Source of the DNA: Candidatus Omnitrophota bacterium
GTDB lineage: Bacteria > Omnitrophota > Gorgyraeia > JABMRJ01
Assembly: GCA_016783555.1 (NCBI GenBank)
Contig: JADHWH010000004.1
Span: forward strand, 1-54,019
Length of the DNA: 54,019 bases
Direction: 5' to 3'
Position 1 is the first letter of the stretch. Each line of letters starts with the position of its first letter. Below the pieces are notes generated by a model that was given only the letters and a program-made list of their open reading frames with translations, ran no database searches and was not told where the DNA came from. Of this stretch, positions 46,253 to 54,019 are shown in pieces. The translations under genes and the position numbers were made by a program.

Positions 46253-49012
46253 ATGGATTACAAAAATACGTTAAATCTGCCAAAGTCCGATTTCTCAATG
46301 AAGGCGGACCTCCCCAGGAAGGAACCCGTAATTCTTAAGGAATGGGAGAATGCGGGAATATACAGCCTCATAAGGAAGGCGTCTTCCGGAAAGAAGCATT
46401 TTATCCTGCATGACGGGCCTCCGTATTCAAACGGCAACATACATATGGGCCATACGTTAAATAAGATCCTGAAGGATATTGTGGTAAAGTTTAATACCAT
46501 GATTGGCATGGACGCCCCTTTTATACCCGGCTGGGATTGTCACGGCCTGCCGGTGGAGCACCAGCTCTTTAAGGAGTTGGGGCTCTCCAAGTACGATATA
46601 GGGCAGGTCGATTTTAGAAAGAAGGCCCATAAATACGCTATGAGGTATGTGGATATTCAGAGAGACGAGTTCAAAAGGCTGGGCGTATTCGGCGATTGGA
46701 ATAATCCATATTTAACGCTGGACCCAAAATATGAGGCGCAGATTATAACCGCCTTCGGAAGACTGGTCGAGAAGGGATATATCTATAAGGATTTAAAACC
46801 CGTAAACTGGTGCGCTGCATGTGAAACCGCTCTCGCTGAGGCTGAGGTCGAATATCAGGATAAGGTTTCACCTTCAATCTATGTCAGGTTCAAGGTTAAA
46901 GAGAAGAAGAAGCCGTCCGCAGTAAAGGATCTGGGCGACGATACTTATTTTCTTATATGGACTACCACTCCGTGGACGCTGGTCGCCAACGTCGCCATAA
47001 CGGTCCATCCGGACTTTAACTACGTAGTGGTTGAGACCGAGCATGGCAGACTTATAGTTTCGGAAGACCTGATGAATATGACGATGGCAAAACTCTCTTT
47101 GAAGAAGTATAAAACCTTGAAAAAAATTCGGGGCAAAAAACTGGAGGGGCTGGTAACAAGACACCCATTTATAGACAGAGATTCTCTTGTCTGCCTCGCC
47201 GATTATGTGTCGAACCTTGAAGGGACCGGATGCGTTCATACCGCCCCGGGCCACGGCCAGGAGGATTATATTACCGGCAAAAAGTACAAACTTCCCACGA
47301 TTATGCCGGTGGATCAAAAAGGCATCTTTGACAAAGATGCGGGAAAGCTCAAGGGCATATCCGTTAACGAGGCAAACGATATTATACTCAAGGACTTAAA
47401 ATCAACCGGCGATCTTTTGTATAGAGAAGAGATCAGACATTCATACCCGTACTGCTGGCGCTGCAAGAAGCCCATAATATTCCGCGCCACCCAGCAGTAT
47501 TTCATGGAGGTCGATAAACATAATTTAAGAACTAAGCTGCTCGATGTAATAAAGAAGGTAAGGTGGATTCCGAATGTCGGCTCAAGCAGAATATCCGCTA
47601 TGGTCAAGAACAGACCCGATTGGTGCCTGTCGAGACAGCGCTATTGGGGAGTCCCTATCCCCGCTTTTTACTGCGAAAAATGCGACGAGCTTCTCCTTGA
47701 TGCGAAGGTCATAAAAAATATCGCGGGGATAATAGAGAAAGAAGGATCCAATGCCTTTTTTGAGAAAGACCCGGAAGGGCTCCTGCCCGAAGGCACAAAA
47801 TGCAGGAAATGCAAAAACAAGACCTTCAAAAAAGAATCTGACATAATAGACGTATGGTTTGAGTCCGGCGTAAGTCATCAGGCGGTACTTAAGCGCCATA
47901 AACAGTTCCCTTCCGATCTATATTTAGAAGGTTCAGACCAGCACAGGGGCTGGTTTCAATCCGCGCTTATAACATCTTACGCCATAGATAAGACGGCTCC
48001 TTACAAGGCTGTCCTTACGCACGGATTTGTGGTCGATGGCGAGGGAAAGAAGATGTCTAAATCATTGGGAAACGTTATCTCCCCGCAGGAAGTCATGAAG
48101 AGATACGGCGCGGATATGCTGAGGCTATGGGTCGCCTCAAGCGATTACAATGAAGATATCAGATTATCCGAAGAGATACTCAAGAGGCTCGCTGACGCAT
48201 ACCGAAAGATAAGAAATACCTTAAAATACCTGATAAGCAATATATACGACATCGATTTTAAGGAGGCCTGCGCCTATAAGGATATGTTGGCGATTGACAG
48301 ATGGGCGTTGAGCGAGACCAGGAGGCTTGTCGATGGCGTAAAAAAATATTATGAAAATTATAATTTCCATATGGTCTATCGGTCTGTATATAACTTCTGC
48401 ACCGTGACTATGTCATCGATATATCTTGACATTTTAAAAGATAGATTGTATACTTTTCCATCCTCTTCGCGCGAAAGGAGATCCGCTCAGAGCGCAATAC
48501 ATCTTATATTGTCATCTTTGATAAGAATAATCGCGCCTATATTGAGTTTTACGGCAGAAGAGGCCTGGTCGCAGATGCCGGGCGGAGGAGGCGAGAGTGT
48601 CCACCTTACGTCTTGGCCGGAATCAAGCGCGATAAAGCGGGATAAGGATATTCTTTCGAAATACGAAAGGCTCTTTAGGATTAGAGAAAAGGTTCTCCTT
48701 TCATTGGAAAAGAGACGCCAGACTGGAGATATCGGTTCCTCGCTTGAGGCAAAGGTAATATTAACGCCGAAGAGGGACGACGATTATAAGTTTTTGAAAG
48801 ATTTTAAGGGAGAACTCCCCTCTGTATTTATCGTCTCTCAGGTTGAATTAAGGAAGAGAGACCCTAAATCGAAAGATGAATACGGCATAGAGGTGGCCAG
48901 GGCCGACGGTGAGAAGTGTCAGCGCTGCTGGAATTACAGCGTAAGCGTCGGCAGGGACGAGACGCATAAAGATATATGCGAAAGATGCGTAAAGGCAATC
49001 AATAAAATCTAA
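46253..49012 (+). CDS. ileS: Isoleucine--tRNA ligase (type 1)
   Basis: LHDGPPY..HMGH, PGWDCHGLP, WTTTPWT, KMSKS, C-terminal CQRC..CERC zinc site. Confidence 0.98.
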   Translation: MDYKNTLNLPKSDFSMKADLPRKEPVILKEWENAGIYSLIRKASSGKKHFILHDGPPYSNGNIHMGHTLNKILKDIVVKFNTMIGMDAPFIPGWDCHGLPVEHQLFKELGLSKYDIGQVDFRKKAHKYAMRYVDIQRDEFKRLGVFGDWNNPYLTLDPKYEAQIITAFGRLVEKGYIYKDLKPVNWCAACETALAEAEVEYQDKVSPSIYVRFKVKEKKKPSAVKDLGDDTYFLIWTTTPWTLVANVAITVHPDFNYVVVETEHGRLIVSEDLMNMTMAKLSLKKYKTLKKIRGKKLEGLVTRHPFIDRDSLVCLADYVSNLEGTGCVHTAPGHGQEDYITGKKYKLPTIMPVDQKGIFDKDAGKLKGISVNEANDIILKDLKSTGDLLYREEIRHSYPYCWRCKKPIIFRATQQYFMEVDKHNLRTKLLDVIKKVRWIPNVGSSRISAMVKNRPDWCLSRQRYWGVPIPAFYCEKCDELLLDAKVIKNIAGIIEKEGSNAFFEKDPEGLLPEGTKCRKCKNKTFKKESDIIDVWFESGVSHQAVLKRHKQFPSDLYLEGSDQHRGWFQSALITSYAIDKTAPYKAVLTHGFVVDGEGKKMSKSLGNVISPQEVMKRYGADMLRLWVASSDYNEDIRLSEEILKRLADAYRKIRNTLKYLISNIYDIDFKEACAYKDMLAIDRWALSETRRLVDGVKKYYENYNFHMVYRSVYNFCTVTMSSIYLDILKDRLYTFPSSSRERRSAQSAIHLILSSLIRIIAPILSFTAEEAWSQMPGGGGESVHLTSWPESSAIKRDKDILSKYERLFRIREKVLLSLEKRRQTGDIGSSLEAKVILTPKRDDDYKFLKDFKGELPSVFIVSQVELRKRDPKSKDEYGIEVARADGEKCQRCWNYSVSVGRDETHKDICERCVKAINKI

Positions 49013-49040
49013 CCCGGTTAGATTTTGAGGAGGTTTTGGA

Positions 49041-49421
49041 ATGGATAAAAGGGAACTCGGAAGGTTTAAAAAGAGACTGCTGAAGGACCGCGCCGATATC
49101 CTCGGGGGTGTGGATAAGATCACCGAAGAGACGCTGAAGAAGTCACAGCGCGATGCGTCCGGCGATTTATCCGGTTATACCTTTCACATGGCGGATATGG
49201 CGACAGACAACTATGACCGTGAGTTCTCTTTAGGTATAGCAGACAATGAACGTGAAACCCTTAGAAAGATAGACGATGCGCTTAGGAGGGTAGGAGACAA
49301 CACGTACGGTAAATGTCTTTCCTGCGGAAAAAGAATCGCAAAAAAACGCCTTATGGCGGTCTGTCACGCGGAATACTGCAAGAAATGCCAAGAGAAAGAA
49401 GAAGCTCAGAACGAGGAATAA
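49041..49421 (+). CDS. TraR/DksA family C4 zinc-finger protein
   Basis: HMADMATD coiled-coil tip, CLSC..CKKC. Confidence 0.9.
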   Translation: MDKRELGRFKKRLLKDRADILGGVDKITEETLKKSQRDASGDLSGYTFHMADMATDNYDREFSLGIADNERETLRKIDDALRRVGDNTYGKCLSCGKRIAKKRLMAVCHAEYCKKCQEKEEAQNEE

Positions 49422-49867
49422 ATCTAACCCTGACCCTGCTTATCTCAATATCTATATTCATCTTGGATCAGCTTACAAAAACATCAATAAAGTATTTGAT
49501 TGCTGTAGGCGACTCCATCCCGGTAATAAAAGACGTTTTCCACATAACGCTGGTCTTCAACAAAGGCGCGGCCTTCGGTATACTCAAGACGCAGAATAGC
49601 TTTTTTATAATAATAGCCGTAGTCGCAGCCATATTTATAGTCTATAGCTTACCACGTCTGAAAAAAGACGAATTTTTTGTAAATACGGCCTTCTCATTAT
49701 TGTTGGGCGGCATCTTCGGAAATCTAATCGACAGATTAAGATTCGGCTATGTAATAGATTTCCTGGACTTCCGTATCTGGCCGGTCTTTAACGTCGCCGA
49801 CTGCGCCATATCGATAGGGGCGGCGCTTGTAGCGATACATCTTTTGAGGTTAAAATTTAAAAGATAG
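49313..49867 (+). CDS. lspA: Lipoprotein signal peptidase II (true start probably downstream of 49313)
   Basis: DQLTK, NKGAAFG, GNLIDR, VIDF, FNVAD. Confidence 0.93.
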   Translation: MSFLRKKNRKKTPYGGLSRGILQEMPRERRSSERGINLTLTLLISISIFILDQLTKTSIKYLIAVGDSIPVIKDVFHITLVFNKGAAFGILKTQNSFFIIIAVVAAIFIVYSLPRLKKDEFFVNTAFSLLLGGIFGNLIDRLRFGYVIDFLDFRIWPVFNVADCAISIGAALVAIHLLRLKFKR

Positions 49868-49879
49868 CCAGGGATCTTT

Positions 49880-50593
49880 ATGCACAAAATCCTCTTTGAA
49901 ATCGGGCCGCTTACCGTATATTCTTACGGCACCTTCATCGCGCTCGGTTATTTGACAGCGACCATTCTTGTTCTAAGGGGCTGCCCTAGATACGGATTTC
50001 CCAAAGATAAGATGTGGACTCTTCTTACGCTTATTCTCATCTTCGGGCTTATAGGGGCGCGCCTTTTGAACGTCATCTTAAAATTCAAGTTCTATATGGA
50101 GGCCCCCTTGAGCATGATATTTCTGCATAGAGGGGGTTTGGCGATTCAGGGAGGCATCGTCGGCGGTATCGGTATAAGCATATTCTATCTTTTTAAAAAT
50201 AGACTGTCGGTGTGGAAGACGGGAGATTTAATACTTCAAAATCTGCCTTTGGGCCAGGCCATAGGAAGGATAGGCTGCTATTTAAACGGATGCTGTTTCG
50301 GAAGATGGGGGTTGCCGACCCAGCTCTTTATGTCGGCGGGGTTTTTTATCACCTTTATAATTTTAAAATATTTGGCTAAGAAGAGACCCTCTTTCGACGG
50401 CAGCGTCTTTATATCCTATTTTCTTATCTATCCGGCCGTCAGGTTTTTTATCGATTTTTTAAGGGGGGATCTGAGGCCGGTCTTCATGGGTCTTACAGAG
50501 TCGCAGTATATCAGCCTTCTCTTTTTTATCGCAGCGTTTTTTATTTATATCCTTAAGAAAAGACGGCATAATTTTCAAAAGGAAAGAAGTTGA
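49880..50593 (+). CDS. lgt: Prolipoprotein diacylglyceryl transferase
   Basis: YSYG, IGARL, GQAIGRIGCYLNGCCFG, RFFIDFLRGD. Confidence 0.92.
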   Translation: MHKILFEIGPLTVYSYGTFIALGYLTATILVLRGCPRYGFPKDKMWTLLTLILIFGLIGARLLNVILKFKFYMEAPLSMIFLHRGGLAIQGGIVGGIGISIFYLFKNRLSVWKTGDLILQNLPLGQAIGRIGCYLNGCCFGRWGLPTQLFMSAGFFITFIILKYLAKKRPSFDGSVFISYFLIYPAVRFFIDFLRGDLRPVFMGLTESQYISLLFFIAAFFIYILKKRRHNFQKERS

Positions 50594-51483
50594 AAAATTT
50601 TTCATTTACGGCAGAAGATAAGGATGACAAAAAGAGGCTCGATCTTTTTTTAGTCGACAGGCTCGGTAAAGATTATTCCCGCTCTTTCCTCCAAAAGCTG
50701 ATTCAAGAGGGATACGTTCTTCTTGACAAAAAGACCGCAAAGAGAAACTCAAGAATAAAACCGGGCGATGATATAGAGCTTACCGTCCCGCCGCCGCAAG
50801 AGACAGAGATTATCCCGGAGGATATATCCGTCAATGTAGTATTTGAGGATGAGCATCTTTTAATTGTTGATAAGCCGGCCGGCATGGTAGTCCATCCCGC
50901 CGCAGGAAACCCCTCGGGCACCCTCCTTAACGCGCTTATGTCATACTGTAAAGAGCTTTCTTCTATTGGCGGGAGGCTCCGCCCCGGCATAGTGCATAGG
51001 TTGGATAAAGATACTTCGGGGCTTCTTGTAGTCGCGAAAAACGATTACGCGCATAACTATCTTTCGACCCAGTTTAAAGACCACACTACAAAACGCAAGT
51101 ACATCGCTTTTGTAAGAGGGGTAGTAGAGTTGGACAATGGGACGATAGACCTTCCGATCGGAAGAGACAAAAGAGATAGGCAAAAGATGGCGGTAGGCTT
51201 TACTGAATCGCGGACCGCGGTGACGCATTATAAGGTGTTGAAGAGATTTAATGAGTATACTATGCTCGAGCTCCGTTTAGAGACGGGCAGGACTCACCAG
51301 ATAAGGGCCCACATGCAATATCTGGGCCACCCTTTATTGGGAGATAAGAAATACGGTAAGGTTCACGAAAAGATTAAACGCCAGGCCCTGCATGCGGCGA
51401 CGCTGGGATTTAAACATCCCGCTACAAATAAGTTCATGGAATTCTCATCCGAGCTTCCGGAGGATATGAAGCGGCTTATGTGA
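50590..51483 (+). CDS. rluD: RluA/RluD family 23S rRNA pseudouridine synthase
   Basis: S4 domain, DKPAGMVVHP, VHRLDKDTSG, TGRTHQIR. Confidence 0.92.
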   Translation: MKNFSFTAEDKDDKKRLDLFLVDRLGKDYSRSFLQKLIQEGYVLLDKKTAKRNSRIKPGDDIELTVPPPQETEIIPEDISVNVVFEDEHLLIVDKPAGMVVHPAAGNPSGTLLNALMSYCKELSSIGGRLRPGIVHRLDKDTSGLLVVAKNDYAHNYLSTQFKDHTTKRKYIAFVRGVVELDNGTIDLPIGRDKRDRQKMAVGFTESRTAVTHYKVLKRFNEYTMLELRLETGRTHQIRAHMQYLGHPLLGDKKYGKVHEKIKRQALHAATLGFKHPATNKFMEFSSELPEDMKRLM

Positions 51484-51532
51484 CTTATATAATTTCTTGC
51501 AATAATGATGTTCTATGATATAATTAGCTAAT

Positions 51533-52396
51533 ATGATGCCGGATAAATTGAATAGAAATTTTTTAATAGGTCTTTCGCTTTTGATAATCGCCAGCGTATT
51601 GCTTTTAAGCAGCACGGTGGCATTTTATATTTTAAAGGAAGCGGAAAAGAGTAAATTAACACTGCTTAAAAATGAGCTGGAGAATGTGGTTGAGATGAAG
51701 GATATCATAGCCGAGGACTTGGAAGAGATTAAGGCGAAGAACAGCGAGCTCGAATTAAAATTAAGCTCTACAAGTGATCAGGCAAGAAAGATTTCGGAAG
51801 AGTTTTCAAAAGAGAAAGAGATAAAAAATCTTATGACGTCGCAGCTGGAGCATGAGAGGAAGAAGACCGAGGAGATGATGTCTCAAGTTTTAAAAGAAAA
51901 AGAAGAGCGCCTGAATCTCTCCTATAAATTATCCAAGGTCGAAGAGGATTACCGCAGGCTTAAAGAGCAGTTTGAATTGCTGCTGGAGGCGAAAGAGGCG
52001 CTGGAAGCGAAGGTCAGGTCTATGATGGAGAAGAAAGGCATAGAGCTTGAGAAGATAGAGGTAAAGAGGGGTTACCGCGTAGAAGAACCGAAGGAAGAAA
52101 AGATTTTTAAACCGCAGATACCCGGCAAAAAAGAGAGCGCCTCGAAGCCCGACACGAAGACAACTGTTTTGGTTGTAAACAGGCAATTCAACTTTATCGT
52201 TACCAACATAGGGAAACTGGACGGGGCAGGCATTGGGTCTGAGTTAGACGTTTATAGGGGCGGCGAGTTTATCGCAAAGACGAGGATAGAAAAACTTTAT
52301 GACAAGATGTCGGCCGCTACTATCTTACCGGAGTGGAAAAGGGCCAGGATAAAAGAAGGAGATCAGGTTTACCCTGTTAGACCTCCTGATAATTAG
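51533..52396 (+). CDS. Membrane-anchored coiled-coil hypothetical protein with C-terminal beta domain
   Basis: N-terminal TM, long heptad region, VLVVNRQFNFIVTNIG..G beta domain; promoter TTGCAA..TATAAT at 51497-51524. Confidence 0.75.
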   Translation: MMPDKLNRNFLIGLSLLIIASVLLLSSTVAFYILKEAEKSKLTLLKNELENVVEMKDIIAEDLEEIKAKNSELELKLSSTSDQARKISEEFSKEKEIKNLMTSQLEHERKKTEEMMSQVLKEKEERLNLSYKLSKVEEDYRRLKEQFELLLEAKEALEAKVRSMMEKKGIELEKIEVKRGYRVEEPKEEKIFKPQIPGKKESASKPDTKTTVLVVNRQFNFIVTNIGKLDGAGIGSELDVYRGGEFIAKTRIEKLYDKMSAATILPEWKRARIKEGDQVYPVRPPDN

Positions 52397-52438
52397 AACT
52401 GGTGAGGAGATCTAATTATATGAAGAGGTCTAACGGGG
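52372..52438. mobile_element. Family B miniature element, copy B5 (target duplication TTTA)
   Basis: TTTA-[CCCTGTTAGACCT..AGGTCTAACGGGG]-TTTA within the 3' end of the 51533 ORF. Confidence 0.85.
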
Positions 52439-52463
52439 TTTACATTTCCCAATAGATCCTTCC

Positions 52464-53753
52464 ATGGACGATATAAAAATAAATCCTATAAAGAAATTTG
52501 AAGGCGCCGTCTCGTTAAGAGGCGATAAATCTATTTCTCACCGTTCGGTGATGATAGCATCTATAGCCGAAGGCCAGTCGAGGATTAAGAATTTCTTAAG
52601 AAGCGAAGACGCCCTTTATACAATAAAGGCCTTTAAGCAATTAGGCGTGGCGATAGGCTTATCCAACGATGACATTATCGTTGAAGGAAAGGGGCTTGAT
52701 GGCCTGAAAGGACCGAAAGGAGATATCTATCTTGGGAATTCCGGGACATCTATGAGGCTTCTCTCCGGTGTTCTCGCAGGGCAGAATTTTAAATCGACAT
52801 TGACCGGCGATGAATCGCTTTCCCGAAGACCTATGTATAGAATAATAAGACCCTTAAGACAGATGGGGGCTCATATAAAAGGAAGAGAAGATAATTTTCC
52901 CCCTCTTGTCATAGAAGGCGCAAAATTGAGGGCTATAAGATATAAGACAGAGGTGGCAAGCGCCCAGATAAAATCAGCGTTAATCTTTGCCGCGCTTTAC
53001 GCAGACGGCGTTACAGAGATTGAGGAACCTATAAAATCGAGAGACCATACAGAAAGGATGCTTGGCCTATTCGGGGCAAAGATGGAGATAGACGACCTCA
53101 GGATATCAGTGAACCCGAGGCCCGACTTAAAAGGCAGGTCACTTGCCATTCCGGGCGACATATCGAGCGCGGCGTTCTTTATTATAGGAGCGCTCATTTT
53201 AAAAGGATCGGAGATATTGATTAAGGATCTCTTGTTTAATCGAACCCGATGGGGCATCATAGAGATACTTAACCAGATGGGCGCCGAGATTAAGATAGAG
53301 AATAAGCGTTTCAATGGTTGTGAAGAGATATGCGATATAAATGTAAGGTCAAGCCGCCTTAAAGGCATTACAGTCGATGAGAATAGAATACCGTCTGTAA
53401 TAGATGAGTTACCTATCCTTATGGTGGCGGCTTGTTTTGCGGAGGGCGACACATATATAAAAGGCGCCGGTGAGCTGCGCATCAAAGAGACAGACAGGAT
53501 TGCCTCTATGAGCGCTGCTTTAGAAAGCATGGGCGCGGATATCTCTGTTGAGAGAGACAACATCTTGATAAAACCGACAGCGAGATTAAGAGGCGCTGTC
53601 ATGGACAGCCGGGGCGATCACCGTACCGCTATGTCTCTTGCAATAGCCGCGCTGTGCGCGAAGGGCTCATCCAGGATAAAGAAGATAGATTGCGTAAATA
53701 CTTCTTTCCCTGACTTTTTTCAAGCCCTTGATGCAATTAGTCTTAAAAAATAG
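52464..53753 (+). CDS. aroA: 3-phosphoshikimate 1-carboxyvinyltransferase
   Basis: GDKSISHR, GNSGTSMRL, SAQIKSA, SRDHTE, ELRIKETDR, DHRTAM. Confidence 0.97.
   Translation: MDDIKINPIKKFEGAVSLRGDKSISHRSVMIASIAEGQSRIKNFLRSEDALYTIKAFKQLGVAIGLSNDDIIVEGKGLDGLKGPKGDIYLGNSGTSMRLLSGVLAGQNFKSTLTGDESLSRRPMYRIIRPLRQMGAHIKGREDNFPPLVIEGAKLRAIRYKTEVASAQIKSALIFAALYADGVTEIEEPIKSRDHTERMLGLFGAKMEIDDLRISVNPRPDLKGRSLAIPGDISSAAFFIIGALILKGSEILIKDLLFNRTRWGIIEILNQMGAEIKIENKRFNGCEEICDINVRSSRLKGITVDENRIPSVIDELPILMVAACFAEGDTYIKGAGELRIKETDRIASMSAALESMGADISVERDNILIKPTARLRGAVMDSRGDHRTAMSLAIAALCAKGSSRIKKIDCVNTSFPDFFQALDAISLKK

Positions 53754-54019
<266 letters not shown>

Overview
A 54-kb core-genome window from a diderm bacterium (lpxA, lgt, lspA). 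Gene order and codon style suggest Omnitrophota/PVC, but this is an inference. Essentially all real genes are on the + strand: mscS, leuCDB-asd-truA-rsmE-mtaB, cvpA-nucleoside hydrolase-NIF3-dnaG-rpoD, then a ~7-kb accessory envelope/c-di-GMP block (GGDEF protein, c-di-GMP-I riboswitch, transglutaminase-like proteins). After it come tRNA-Ile2(CAT), tRNA-Val(CAC), a zinc-ribbon protein, RNase HI, RNase P RNA, lpxA, a dcw cluster (mraZ to ftsA) with no ftsZ after ftsA, yggS-proC-yggT-mtnP-ileS-dksA-lspA-lgt-rluD, aroA and the start of mreB. The unusual content is in the spacers. (A) Five copies (one partial) of a ~165-185-bp element fold into a perfect four-way junction with compensatory base changes; one copy, inside the dcw operon, carries a small Slx1/YhbQ-like GIY-YIG nuclease gene in the loop of one arm, a candidate nuclease-plus-cruciform mobile system. 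(B) Seven copies of a 42-67-bp element with 13-bp inverted ends and site-specific 4-bp target duplications insert into start codons and rebuild a Shine-Dalgarno plus GTG start. Several further palindromic repeat families are present, some inside the riboswitch and the RNase P RNA.
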